This document shows positions 39,800 to 54,041 of a stretch of DNA of 64,000 bases, piece by piece; within the stretch, counting starts at the first letter, position 1; each line of letters begins with the position of its first letter. Below the pieces are notes generated by a model. That model was not told the DNA's origin. It worked only from the letters and a program-made list of their open reading frames with translations, and ran no database searches. Location: positions 5,456,001 to 5,520,000 of the forward strand of contig NC_043003.1 of the NCBI RefSeq assembly GCF_006345805.1, in the 5' to 3' direction. Origin of the DNA: Octopus sinensis (lineage: Eukaryota). The position numbers were made by a program, and so were the translations under genes.

Positions 39800-40199
39800 C
39801 TAGCAGTATCGCCCGGCGTTGCTCGGGTTTGCAAGGGAAATAACTATATAAGCATTTTTAGAGAGTTATAGCCAAAAGATAGCAAAAAAATGCATTAAAA
39901 ATGGAAAAAAAATATGGTAATTTTTTTTTTAAATCGTTGACTCATCGTAGACATTTTTAGAGAGTTACTTCCCTTATATAATAGCGAAAAAAATTCATTA
40001 AAATGGAAAAAATGATGGTAAATTATTTTTAAAATTGTAGACTCATCGTAGATGCGCGTTAATACCCAGAAGGGCTCGATATGAATCACGACTATAAGAT
40101 ACCCGGTTTTGGTTAAACTGCACCGCAAAATGTGGGAGTAGTTAGGAATCTAAATCGTAGGAGACAGACAGCACACAACCTTACTTTTATATATAAAGA
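39800..40199 (-). mobile_element. Non-autonomous Helitron, 400 bp
   Basis: 5' TC and 3' CTAG inserted between A and T; subterminal hairpin CCCG-AGCAACGC-CGGG; internal tandem duplication of about 100 bp. Confidence 0.88.
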
Positions 40200-40649
40200 T
40201 TTCTTATTAAAAGAATAACTGCTAACTTTAAAACATTGAAAAATGAAAACAAATTCATTTTGGAAGTTGATATCGATCTTAAGGACAACATTTTTAAAAA
40301 AGAAACCTTTAGTGAGGTTGTCGTAGTTTCAATGAACATATCGTTCAAAGAATTTGTCTTTCTAAAAAGAGTTTCTTCGATGATTTTGTCTTTCGGTTAA
40401 TAATATTTTCGATCAGCGCAGGTATCCCGGTATTACGTTTTCAACGTTTGTCTGATCCTTCATATGTGTGTATGTGTCGTATGTGAGAGTGTGTGTGTAC
40501 GAGTTTGTGGGTGTGACTGTGAGAGAGAGAGAGAGAGAGAGAGATCGTGTATGCGTGCATGTAAGCGTGTATGTTTTTCTGTACGCATGTCTGTGCGTGT
40601 GTTTGTATGAGCATGTATGTATATATACTCATGTATGTATACACACACG

Positions 40650-40682
<33 letters not shown>

Positions 40683-41899
40683 TATGTGTGTGTATGTGTG
40701 TGTGTGTGGTGTGTGTGTGTGTTTGCGTGTATGTGTGTGTGTGCTGCACATGCCGAGATTACACAATCATCTGAGTGCAAAATGAATAAAGTTTGGGAAC
40801 AAAACTGAGCTTGTCAAGAACATTTTATTATTTTATGCATCACACAATCATAAAAAACTATATGTGAGTGTATGTGTATACACATGTGTATCTGTGTGTG
40901 TGTGTGTGTGTGTATGTGTGTGTGTGAGTGAGTGTTTGCTTCTTGCTAATATATTACCTCATGTTTGAGGCAGGTCGAATTTTAAAGGCAAATTGAATGT
41001 TTAACGGACATTTACATATTTATGGCAATTCACATGTAGATATATTCCCATGTAGACACATTCACATACACACACTCACAAACACACACATTCATATATC
41101 TACAAACATGTAGATTCTTTCTTATGTTTCCCATCCAAACATTTACATATAAGGAAGCGCACACATTCATACACCTTCAGTCACAAATATTCACACATTG
41201 ATACGCACTCACATACAGAAACAAAACACACGTTCTCATATACTTAAAGATATTCATAATTTCATTCACACATAGGTTCGCAGACGCACACACACACACA
41301 AACATACATACACGCCCGCACGCACACACACACACACACAAACGCAAACTTCCTTGTATTCCTATTTAGATGACAAACATACAAGTTGGTTCAAATATAC
41401 ATAATCATGCATACATTTGTGTTTGTAGGTAAATGTATTTAGGCATTTAACATATATATGTATGTGTGTGTGTGTATGTGTGCGTGTGTGTGTGAGTGTG
41501 TGTGTACAGAGACATAAAGACAGTGAGAGAGAAAGAGGAGAGAGAGAGAGAGAGAGAAACGAATGTATAATATGCTAAATGCTAACATTATATCTGTGTA
41601 ATATCTATAATTGTCACACTGACTGTGAAAACACCCAAACAGAAAAAGGAATACGAAAAAATATATATAAAAAAAGAATGAAATAAAAAAAAAATCTGAT
41701 AAATAATCGATCGGTAATCAATGTGTACGGTATCGGCTGGCAACGAAGTAAAGAAGACTGTAACGAACAGCAAAGGCTAGAAAAGAGAGCGGAACGTATG
41801 AGTCGCCATTTTAGATGGAAATAAATGAATATGTTGCATTAGCCTACATTATTGCGATTGTTGTAAGTCAGAGATGACTGGGGGTGGGCATGTGGAGCG

Positions 41900-42300
41900 G
41901 GGTGAACTTGACATCTAAAGAACATCACAGAATCTATGATGTAAGCTTTCAAATGTTAGCATATTTTGAAAGAATTGGTAAAACATCGCCGCGTTTAAGC
42001 GTATATATTCTTCGGTGTATTGTTGTGATCGCGATAAAGATGTGGTTTATTTATTCTGTGAGAAGAGACAGACCAATTTTGAGGTCATTTGGGATTGGTG
42101 GACGGAAAAGAGCAAAATAGGCCGAGGTATATACAACCTGGTAGGAATGCTTCCTACACGCTGGACTCCACTGAATATATCAAGGAGAGAGAAATGTAGT
42201 GTGGGTTCTGGTTTACATATTCTCATCAAATCGCTTGATATTTCATTTCATCTGTACGCATCAGCAGCGGAATAATTTAACATATTTCGGCAACATTACT
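41900..42300 (+). mobile_element. Possible piggyBac transposase relic
   Basis: Broken frames TESMM*AFKC*HILKE and YCCD loosely match DESM..FKGRH.LKQY and L/YCD; heavily decayed. Confidence 0.3.
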
Positions 42301-42906
42301 AGGCCAACGAGACAAACATTCCCAATATTTTATGATGCAATTGAGCATGATGTTGTGAGGGGCATGCCTTTCCAGATTGCAATAAAAAGAATTTGCGAAT
42401 GAATTATTTCGTCAACCGAAATATTTAGTAATGGTAATTATTATTAACTATTTCCTCGTTTAATTATGGTTTAATTAACTAATATATGCATGCATTTGAG
42501 TTACAGGAGCACACCTTGCGTGTCTCTAGAGTGGGTCCTTTAAATTAGTTGCACAGTCCACCTTGTACTCCACCATATTGAACTGATTAATCTTACACAT
42601 TTGTATTAAAGTTATCTTTGTTTAGATTGAGTTACGAGTCTAATCCATTACATTTTACGGAAAGTGGCTGAGTGTTTCGCATACACAATAGAATCATAGT
42701 GATGTTGCCTGTGACAAGGTTACACCTGACATTCAGAATCATTCTGACAGGTAGCAGTGTTATATTTCGTCACGCTGTGTCGCCACACAAAGATTATTGC
42801 TGCGATCCAACACATAACGATTATTACTGAGATCCAAGCTTATGCATCATAGATGACATAAATCCAAGTACATTACAAAAAGGTGTACGAACACTATACG
42901 TACACA

Positions 42907-43301
42907 TGCTGCCCCCTATCGGATTCTCAGACACGTTTGTAGTTCTTTAGGCGATCTCAATAGGTAATATCGAAGAGAGATAACTCTGAGCAGATTTTAA
43001 AGCCGTAGCTTTAAATAAAACACAGTCAAAAGCACTGACTGAGTTGCGCCATGAGCCCGCCAGGTCGACAGAAATTCAGTAATATCACTACCAAGCAGAG
43101 ATTAGGCATCAGCGAACTTTCGCTGAGTTAAAATATGATTGTGACGTATTTCAATTTTCAGAGGCAAATTTGGTGATGTTGAAAGTGTTTCACTTAAAGC
43201 TAAGGTTTTAACATCTGCTCAGATTTACCTCACTTCTGTATTTCCTATTGATAATGACTACAGAGCTAGAAACATATCTGGGAATCCGACAGGGGGCAGC
43301 A
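42907..43301. mobile_element. Old MITE with imperfect inverted arms of about 120 bp
   Basis: TGCTGCCCCCTATCGGATTCTCAGA mirrored by TCTGGGAATCCGACAGGGGGCAGCA; central palindrome TCAGCGAA-CT-TTCGCTGA at 43109-43126. Confidence 0.75.
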
Positions 43302-43879
43302 GTAGACAGATATGGCGTTCTCACAGCTATTTATTCTAACAGGGAATTGTTTTCATCACGATAACTACAGTAAATTTAGCTTAGAAGTTGAAATATATCA
43401 CAGACATATTTCAAGTCAACTAAAGTTCGGTCGTGACTAATCACTACATGGAGCTAATACTGCTAAATACACACACATTATTATTATTACTATTATTACT
43501 ATTATTATTATTACTATTATTATTGATGTTGTTTATATTATTATTATTAGCGACAGAGCAAATATTATTCAAAAAAAGGTAATAGTTATCCCTTCTTCAA
43601 TGTAGATGTTCTGCTGAACAGAGGACACTGCAGTAGCTACCATGAAAGAAACTTTATATTAGCATTCGGTGCGTAAAAGCACTCTTGTTTCTATCGCCAG
43701 CGGGGAAATAAATCACCTGCCACCACCAGTGCCTTGACCACCAAGTCTCTTCATTCCAGCCATCCCTTGTCTTTGTATATCTGTGTTTGTGTGTGTATAT
43801 ATTATATATATCCAAACACATATATTTATATATAAGAAAATACAATAAAAAATATTGTACGTAGATTATATATATATTT

Positions 43880-44150
43880 TACCTTTTTACTTGTTTCAGG
43901 CATTAGACTGCGGCCATGCTAGGGCACCACTTTGAATAGTTTTAGTCACACTAATCGATCTCAGTATTTATTTTTCTTTTGTATAACCTGTAACTATTTC
44001 ATCCGTTTGAAAGAAGTCCGTCGGAAATGTGTGTGTATGTGTGTGCGTGTGTTCGACTTAAGAGACTTTGGTGAGTTTGAGGCTATAATAGAAGACACTC
44101 ATCCAAGTACCACTCAGCGGGACTGAACCCCGAAACGTGTGGTTGGGAAT
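43880..44150 (-). mobile_element. tRNA-derived SINE (family of 14310)
   Basis: TTTTACTTGTTTCAG...GCGGCCATGCTAG tail; ACCACTCAGCGGGACTGAACC reverse head. Confidence 0.7.
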
Positions 44151-46027
44151 CTATGATATTACCTAGATGTACATGCATAGCGAGTGACTTGATCTGAGAT
44201 CGTGTGCTGGAATACCTTCCACGCTGCAATTGTTTATGATATTACCATTTAATATCAATAACCGACGAGTTATCACATCAACTATAATTAAGATATCTGT
44301 TGTGCTGCTAGCAAGAAAACTATTTCGTTAAAGTTAGTTTCTCCAGTTCATTTTGGCAGCTGATGATCGCAACTGGGAAGTACACGATTACAGAAATGCA
44401 GGATGGGGTCAGGCCTGTGGCTAAACAAAAACAACAGCAACATCTATTTGTTTGGAAAACCTGTATCTTGTATAATTCTGCTCTCATTCTTTGGTCTATA
44501 ACTTACTGAAATAGTGGAGTAAATTTAGAATAGGATTGTCAGTGGCAGAGGTACCATAGATGGACTCTGAGACTCGGAGAAGGAGAAGGGGAAGAAATTG
44601 TCCAAAGACTTGAGAGAAAGCTGAAATATTTCCATCAGACTGTACCCCTTCCAAAGACATCTAGTGACCAGTCGGTGTTCCTTAACCGAGCAGCCTATTC
44701 CCATCGAAATGTTTAAAAGCATTTTCCGTCGACCTTATTTAGCGTATTTTACTTAGGTCTATACTCAACTATAAAAGGACTCCCTTTCTCGAAACATCAC
44801 AAAGAAGAATCGAACTCAGATCTCTGCATCATTACACAGTGAAGATCTTTTCTTTTTATAGAATGGATCTGTGTTATTTTCACAGCTCCAAACCAGATGT
44901 TGCACACAACAATTAATAACTCCCTGTTTTTCGCCAAAACTACTCCCTGCTTTAATAAAACTGGTCAGCTCAGATGACAATAGAATGATGCTTCGTTATT
45001 CTTCAGAGATTTGCCTCACGGAAAGATTAAAGATGCAGAATATTAAAGTAATTAGAAAAATAATTGTGTTTTAGCGGAGAATACATACTTATATGAATGG
45101 ATGGTTTGACATTGAGGGTGTGTGCTGATGTTTATATAATGAGTATCATGACGTACATGCATACATATACACACACACGACAACATACACACAGATATAT
45201 ATATATAAATATATATATATTAATATATATATCTATATATAGATATATATATATTATATATATATATTATATTATATATATATATATATATATATAATAT
45301 CGTATTAACATACAAAAATTTTTTCATATAAGAATCATACTCTCAATGAATACATGTATCATGTGGGCGTGTGTGTGTGCGCGTGTGTGTTTGTGTCTGC
45401 GTGCATATGTATAGGCATAAACATACATATCTGTGCGTGAAAGTGTGTGTGTGTGTGTGGTGAGTAAGTTTTTAATTTGCTTTTATATTCAATTATTGTG
45501 TACAAATGTATGTTCTTTTGTGTCTCGTTACGTGCGTATATCTATGACCTGGTCTCCGCGCGCACATACACATACACGCACGCACACACACATATATACA
45601 TACATATACATACATTCCTACATATATATATATATGTATATATGTGTGTATATGTATGAATGTATGTATGTATATGTATGCACTATGTATATATGTGTGT
45701 ATATATGTGTATTTCTTTATGCGCCTATGCGTGATTTGTGGAAATTCAAATGACAGAGTTCAAATTATGATCAAGTTTTTCTCCTTCAACGTCACTCTGC
45801 TTTCTTTCACCCTCTCCCTCTCTCTTTCTCTCTCTCCATTTTAGCCTCTATCTAATGCTCTGTCTCTCTCTTTCTCTCTCTCTCTCTCTTTCATTGACTA
45901 TCTCTGTTCCTATGTTTTTCTTTTTATTTCTCCTTCTTTCCTCCCTCTCCAATACAACATACGAATAAATATATTCACGATGGGACGAACGATGTGAGCC
46001 AGGTATTTATGCATTTAATACCAAATA

Positions 46028-46073
<46 letters not shown>

Positions 46074-46198
46074 TTCCCTTTCTCCCATATAGACATAGAG
46101 ACAAACACTCAGACAAACACATACACATTACACTACACGCATATAATTGAATAGATACATACTCACAGAAGCGCACACATACAAACACACGAACATAG

Positions 46199-46241
<43 letters not shown>

Positions 46242-46320
46242 GCATGCACTATCCAAAAATCCTCTAAGCTATGTTTAGTCATATATATATGAATATACAT
46301 AAATGCATACTATATATTGT

Positions 46321-46367
<47 letters not shown>

Positions 46368-48324
46368 TATACTCATATACGCGCAGATATTCAAACTCGT
46401 AATGTACGTAATATATATATATATATAATATATTATATATTATATATATATTTATACATACAAATACATACATATATAAGTATATATACATATATATGTG
46501 CGCATGTGTGTATGTGTGAATGTGTGAGTGTATATATATATGTTCACACAATAGTAAATATGGTAGTTTGCAGCTCGAAATGAAGGGTTGCTTACAATAG
46601 TTCGTGAAGCTTATTTTTGTCTCAAGAAGCATACAGACATATAACACACTCACAAACACAAACACTCGCATATATATACGTACGTGCGTATACGCGTGTG
46701 CGTGTCTATGAGCATATGCATATATTTGTTTATACATACGTGTGTGTATGTAGATATATATGTATGTATGTTTGTATATTGAGATAAATACATAGATACG
46801 TATCCATCTATATACGTATTAATATATATATATATATATATATATATGTATACAGACGTATATATAGGTGTGTGTGTTTGTGTTTTTGTGTGGAATGTGT
46901 CTGTGTGTATGACTATATATAATCTGAATGCACTCGTATAAGTATAGTCTTACCTTAGGTATCGTATAACATTTACCTTTTTCTTTTTTTGTTCTGTTTA
47001 TTCTGTGAGTGGTAAGTTTTTTTTTGTTTTGTTTTTTTTTATTGCTTAATACCTATATTTGGCCGAGTCTCCTTGACAATCATTGTTCTTGAAATGATGG
47101 AACGAAAACGGTCGACAAGAGAAACCATTACCAAACATTAGCGTATCCAACTTCGATTCTGCTGATGCTTATGGCAACCTCAGAAAAATTCAATTAGTTT
47201 GGAAAATTTTTCCACTTGTTTTTGGACAAGTGACTCTGTGGTAAACTGGCCTGTGTCTGGAATATTCTCTCCAATATTGTGTTTTTTATCCAATTTTATG
47301 GTTTAATTCCAGCAAGTTAGTTGAGTGCATGGCGTCTTTTTATAGAAAGACGGGCTTAAGACGTCACCCAGTTTAACACCACACACAGTAAACACATTTG
47401 CTGCTTACAATACCAAACCATTAGCCATCGAGATAAAGGGATGACTCTGGGACCTCTCTATCTACTAGAAAAAGCACTCCGACCTAACTTCCATTAAATA
47501 AGAGCTACTTAAGTTTGGAAACCGTATAATATATAATATAGGCCTAGAATACGATGAGCACGTCTTGAATTCTACTTATCATAGGTCTGATGAATAAGGT
47601 TTAACCTGGGGTTAAATACCAACAAAAATAACGAATGATGCTGGGGCCTTTTTTTTCGTTTACTCTCTGTAAAAATTGGTGAACCTTGCACAAAATTTAA
47701 TAGGTTTTCACCTTTCTCCTTGAAAAAAGTCTTCCAAAAATAAAGGCTGTGCGTGAATGGTATCAATCAAACGATAGAATACAAGTCGATGCTAAAAGCT
47801 AATATGATTTTAAGGATAAAGTTTAGAATTTTAAAAATAATTGAAGGTTTTGAGACGTCGGAACGAATTATCTCAAGAGAAAAACAGACACAGTGGATAA
47901 TGTAGCCATGCGATGGTGGTGGTGGTGGTGGTGGCGGTGGTGGTGGTGGAGGTGATGAGGGTGATGATGATGATGGTGATTATGGTGAGGATGATGGTGG
48001 TGATGAGGATGATGGTGACGATGGTGATAATGGTGTGGAACTAAACGGAATTATTGTATTGATAGTAACAGCAGCAACAACAACGGCAACAGTAGCAGCA
48101 GCAGCAACAGCAGCAGTAGTAGTAGGAGGAGGAGGATGACGAGGAGAGGGATGAGGAGACGGTAAAAGTCTAAATACTATGATAAACGTGGCTCAAGATT
48201 TCAAATTCCTGATGTAATTAAATGAAGTCCTATATTAAAATGGATAAACGATGTTTTTACATACATACATACATACATATACATGTATACACACACACAC
48301 ACACACGCGCGCGCGCGCACACAT

Positions 48325-48356
<32 letters not shown>

Positions 48357-48609
48357 GTAACTAAGATGGATTATGAAACAGCTATGACCTAATGAACTAA
48401 ACAACTACTCCATCAATTCTTTTATTTCATAAATTTTTATACATACTCTCCACCATACTCTTCAGAAATATGCTGAAGTTACATACTAGCCTTAACCACG
48501 GGTTTTTTTGTTATCCACACACCAGGCAGTGAACCTAATGTGAGCTCTGATTCTTTGAATCCCTACTCTTATACACACACACACACACATATATATATAT
48601 AAGAGTATT

Positions 48610-49050
48610 CTACCAATTATATACGCTTTTATTAGTTTTTGCAATTTACTTAATCATCAATATGTAATTGTTATTTTGATTTTAATATTTCTATTACATG
48701 TAATTTTCTAGATGGTGTAATTTAATTGTTCATTTTGAATTGATAAAAGGTGGTTTTTTTTCTAATTTTTATATATATATTATATTGTGTGAAATTTGAT
48801 TTAGTATTTCTAAATTAAATTTTTCCCTGTAGGTTAGGATTAATATTCCCTCAAATAATTATTTTATATATATATGTAGCTTTATAGTTATGCTTTTGAA
48901 TGTATTAATTCTTTCCGTTTCTTCGCCTACTGTTATTTCTCTGTTATCTTGGTGCTGTTTGGTGGTGTAATTAAGAGTTTAGCTCCTATTTCTAGCAGGT
49001 GTATTCTTTTATGCATCCTTATGCTTCGTGCAAATTTATAATTTATAACT
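48610..49050 (-). mobile_element. Possible Penelope GIY-YIG region relic
   Basis: Very AT-rich broken frames (HNYKAT..II*GN..KI*FRNTKSNF..KTT) echo the Penelope endonuclease layout; weak. Confidence 0.3.
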
Positions 49051-49582
49051 AAATAATGCTATTTGCCTGCGAACCACCATGTTACTACTGTTGATACCAT
49101 CAATTTTGAATTTTATCCACAGATGATGTTAACAGTAGTGACATCTTATCTCAAATCTTTGTTTTTGAATGTTTTGTTTATATATATATATATATAAACA
49201 CACGCACACACACACACACACAAACAAGTACATCGGAAAAATAGAAGCTGAAAATCCACTGAGAATACTTAAAATATTATTTGATGCTTTAACCGGTTTC
49301 ACAGTTTACACTGATTTTCAAATGTTCAAATAGAAAGACATGGCTTATGTCGCAGCTGTCTTGCTTCTGACTAGTGTTTCAAGCTTGCCCTGTTTTTTGT
49401 AGGGAGCTCATGGCTCGAATTAGTATATGTTTCGAATAGGATTTTATTGGACTTAGAATTTTTTGTAGGTTCCCCGCTACATCCGTGTGTTAGAAGCTAG
49501 TGAAAATGTTTGGCATCCTAAGATAAGGCTGACACAGTTGAGTGAACATGTCCAAACAATCAATGTTCTGAATGTTTTGGTA

Positions 49583-49628
<46 letters not shown>

Positions 49629-49631
49629 TAA

Positions 49632-49860
49632 TATATTTCTTTACACCCACAAGGGGCTAAATATAGAGGGGACAAACAAGGACAGACAAAGGGATTAAGT
49701 CGATTACATCGACCCCAGTGCGGAATTGGTACTTATTTATCGACCCCGAAAGGATGAAAGGCAATGTCGACCTCGGCGGAATTTGAACTCACAACGTAAG
49801 ACAGGGAAATACCACTTAGCATTTCGCCGGCGCTCTAACGTTTCTGCATCTCGCCGCCTT
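49632..49860 (-). mobile_element. Meta-like SINE, tail A, inside a (TA)n tract
   Basis: Full-length match with several 1-bp indels. Confidence 0.9.
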
Positions 49861-49992
49861 ATATATATATTATATATATATATAGATATATATTAATAAT
49901 ATCTATATATATATATATATTATATATATATATATATATATTTATATATCTATATATATATATATATATTATATCTATATATATTATATATA

Positions 49993-51950
49993 CTGATACT
50001 TTGATGGTTTCGGCCATTATTGGCCCAGGCCAGTCTAACTTAATAGCACCACCTGGTGAAGTCTTTCAAGTCAGAATTTGGGCACTATGGCCCACTCAAG
50101 TAGAGAGTTATTGTTTACAGAGACATATCGGGTGTGGGGGTTTATCCGGGATTTCTTGAAGGAATCTGTCCAAAGACTTCTTGAACCCTATAGGGTCAGT
50201 TTTCTGTTTTAATGTGTTTTGGTGTAATGTTAAGAGAGGCGGGGCCAATTGAGGTGAAATAATTGTGCCGTATTGTTTGTTATGAGATGAGAGTGCGATT
50301 TTGTTTGGGCGGATGGCACGGGGCCCAAGCCTTGGATGTACCTTAAGGTGATGCCAACATCATTGGGCAATGCTGATGGAATATTCCACATCATGCAGAT
50401 GATGTAGCGCTCACGACGACGTTGGAGAGAATAGAGTTTTAGCTTTTCTAGTCGAACCCCAATAGTCGAGGCCTGTCATGCATCTATCTTTTTGTGATTG
50501 CCCTTTGAGGTGCTTCGACTTTTATGATACCTTGTATTGTGTGGGGAGACCACAGTGGACAACAGTATTCAAGGTGGGTCGGCAAAAGTGGAGAAGAGAA
50601 GGATAAGGTGGGATATCTCTCGACTGGAAAGTTCTGAGATCCAGGAACACATTCTGCGGGCATGTCAACTTTGGTGTTTATATGAGTGGCCCAGCTTACG
50701 TTGTTGTCCACAATTACTCCCAAGTCTCTGATGTTGTTGGACGCCGTGGAGAGTTTCACCTGAAGGAAGGGAGTATGGGAGTTCAGGGCATCCTCTTTCC
50801 AAAGTGGATTAGCTCAAATTATCCTCGTTCAGCGCATATGTTTTTTTCTGCCCATGGATAACAGCCAGTAGATCTGACTGAAGGCATGTCCGGTCACTCG
50901 CCTCATTTATGACCTTCTTGTAGCTGGAGTCATCTGCAAAGATTTTTATGTTGCTGTGCTTGATGATGTCATTAATGTCATTAATGTAAATGATGAAAAG
51001 AAGTGGGCCCAGCACAGTGCCTTGCGGAACGCCAACTACTGACTTTGGCTGGGCTTGATTTTACCCCTTCAACTACAACATGTTGAGATCTGTCTGTCAG
51101 GAAACACTTAATCCATTTCAGTAACTTTCCAGAGACACCAATGTTGGATAGTTTTTTCAATAGGATCTTGTGATCGACCCTGTCGAAGGCCTTACTGAAA
51201 TCAAGGTAGATGACATCGGTGTGGAGCCCTCTCCCAAAGCTCTCAAAATGTCCTCAAAGTGATGCAGGAGCTGCGTAGGCAGTCCCTTCCATTACGGAAC
51301 CCATGTTGGTTGGAGATCAGCCGTCTGTTGCTTTCCAGAAATTGGGTTATTTGAGATCTCACCACCCTCTCAAATACCTTGATGATAGAGAGGTGAGTGA
51401 GATCGGACGGTAATTCACTGCAAGGGACTTGTTTCCCTTTTTGAAAACTGGGACAACAGACTGGGGACAGAAGGTTTTTTGGAAATATAGCCAGCATCCA
51501 GTGAGTTTCTCCACAGATTAGCAAGGGGAGATGCAAGTTGGTGTCGACAAACACCTTCAGGACACAAGCAGGAAACCTATCGGGGCCTACTGCTGAATTG
51601 TGTTTTATTTCGTTTATCGCCGCTAAGACATCAGGCACTAAACGTTATGTCCCGATATAGTGTGTTGAGGGGGTTGAATCACTGATACAGCCCAGATCGG
51701 CCATATCAGGATTGCTGAAAACAGAGCAGTATTGTTTCTGCAGTATCTCGGCCATGGATTGGCATTATCTTGGAGAGTGCCAGTTCGTCAATTAGAAGGG
51801 CCTACAGTGGAGACAGTGACCTGGCGTTTCCTCGCAATGAAAAGAACACTTTGGGGTTGAGTTTGATTTTTTCAAGGGCCCACTCTCCTCAGCTGATCTT
51901 GGTTATTGATGAGGGACTTCATGCCATTGTTGGAGGTTATATTTTTTGGA
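49993..51950 (-). mobile_element. Young CR1-type LINE, about 2 kb, covering the RT domain
   Basis: [62 protein letters not shown]; 3' 730 bp nearly identical to 35672-36431 apart from indels. Confidence 0.95.
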
Positions 51951-52256
51951 TTCAAGCAGTGCGTAGCCCGTCGAATGTGTGTGTGCTGTTGGCAGTACTT
52001 TAGTTTGTTAATTTTTGTTTGTTCTTTTTATTTTTTGATAATGGTTTTCTGTTTTGGGGATTCTGCCACTTTTGTTCACAGGTCTTGGTGGGAGTTTTTG
52101 CACATATGTCTGTGACGGTGTCTACAAAGATATGCCAAGAGATAATATATATATATATATGTATGTATATATATATATATATATGTAGTATATATATATA
52201 TATATATATGTATGTTATATATATATTAATATATATATATTATATAGATATAGATG

Positions 52257-52294
<38 letters not shown>

Positions 52295-52371
52295 ATATAT
52301 ATATGTATATATATATATTATGTATATATATATATATATATCGTATATATATATATAATATATATATGTAC

Positions 52372-52404
<33 letters not shown>

Positions 52405-52573
52405 TAGATATATATGTACATATATATATATAGATGTATATATATGTATATAATATATATATGTATATATATGTTATATATGTATATATATGTATATGTA
52501 TGTATATTATGTATATATATTATATTTATGTATATATATATATAGATATATGTATATATATATTATATATATG

Positions 52574-52675
<102 letters not shown>

Positions 52676-52901
52676 GTACTAACAAAATAATAAATGGAAC
52701 AATGCATACATACATATATGTGTATACCTACAAAAAAACGTAGGTCACAACGAGAAACGCAAACATAAAAACAAAAACATGGAAACGGAGTACAAGACAT
52801 ACAACACAAGGAACGTTCCCCTTTTTCAGCTGCCCCTGCTTCGACTACTCCGTGTTTCGAAGGTATGGGCAATGTTTAGCGTCATTTCGTCCGTTTATAC
52901 G

Positions 52902-52937
<36 letters not shown>

Positions 52938-53564
52938 CTCATAGATTTAATATAAAATATCTCTCTTTTTTACGAGACCAGCGACAATGAGTCGCTAGAA
53001 AAGTATATAGAAATTTGCGAGTGGAATGAACTTTCATCACTAGCTATTAATTAACACATGCTGAGGACGGCTCACCACCCAGAAACTCGAGTCCGTGTGT
53101 ATCACGGAAGGTTTGACATGGAAGTGATTGCCTCCCCTCGCGAATACTAATCGGACAAAGAATGTGTGTCTTTAGCCAGCTAGAGGAGATGTCTTCCTGT
53201 GGTTATAAACAACAATAGCACGGTCTTGTATAGGATGCCACACTTAGTTGGCAGATATATATATATATATATAAATTTATAATTAATAATTAATTATAAA
53301 TTCATAAATTTGCCTTTTTCGCTTTAATGCTTGCCGACCTATTCTTAAGGTTATTATTTATTTATTATGATTATTATTATTATTTATTATGATTATTATT
53401 ATTATTAATAATAATAATAATAATCATAATAATAATAATAATAATAATGATAATAATGCTCCTGTATTATACTCATATATTGTGAACGATATTCCAGCAA
53501 TGACCATGCAACTAGACATGATGTTTTATTGATTATATCGTAAAAGCTGGCCATGTAAATCGGG

Positions 53565-53790
53565 GAACTGGCAGAATTGTTTACAGACCGAAAAAAATGT
53601 TTAGCAGCATTTCGCTCATTTATACGTTATGAGCTCAAATTCCTCCGAGGTTGACTTTGACTAACATTTCTTTCGGGGTCAATGAAATAAGTACTAGGTA
53701 AGCACGGGGGTCGAAATAATCGAGTTAGCACCCCCCCCCCCCAACCTCCAAAATTTCAGACATTATGCCTATAGTAGAAAAGATTATGAA
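53565..53790 (+). mobile_element. Old Meta-like SINE, tail B
   Basis: GGCAGAATTG...GAGCTCAAATTCCTCCGAGGTTGACTTTG...TATAGTAGAAAAGATTAT. Confidence 0.75.
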
Positions 53791-54008
53791 AGCTGGCTAC
53801 CTTCATTGTTCCTTCTTGTATGATTTATTGAGACACAGTCAATAAGGATATTATCCAAACTGTTCCTCTCGTGACCATCCTGTGCTCTATTCATCCACAG
53901 TGTATCGTGCAACCCAGCTGCAAATTATTGTTACAGTTGTTGCTACTAACCGCATCCAAGACAGGACCTAGCATACGTGTAATCATTTAGTTCTGTCCGT
54001 GCCCCTTT

Positions 54009-54041
54009 AATTAGGGTTAGGGTTAACCCTAACCCTTAATT
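54009..54041. repeat. Head-to-head telomere-motif palindrome
   Basis: AATTAGGGTTAGGGTT|AACCCTAACCCTTAATT. Confidence 0.8.

Noticed and set aside
43161-43340. Plus-strand open frame GKFGDVESVSLKAK... after ttttcag
   Set aside because: Lies in the MITE arm; no donor before the stop.
44507-44660. Minus-strand ATG ORF MSLEGVQSDG...HYF ending at a gtaagt donor
   Set aside because: The plus strand looks like a decayed RTE 3' end adjoining a SINE remnant; no true signal peptide; phase does not fit.
53076-53196. Minus-strand 121-nt exon-like segment EDISSSWLKTH...
   Set aside because: Appears to belong to a (TA)n-associated dispersed repeat; no domain similarity.
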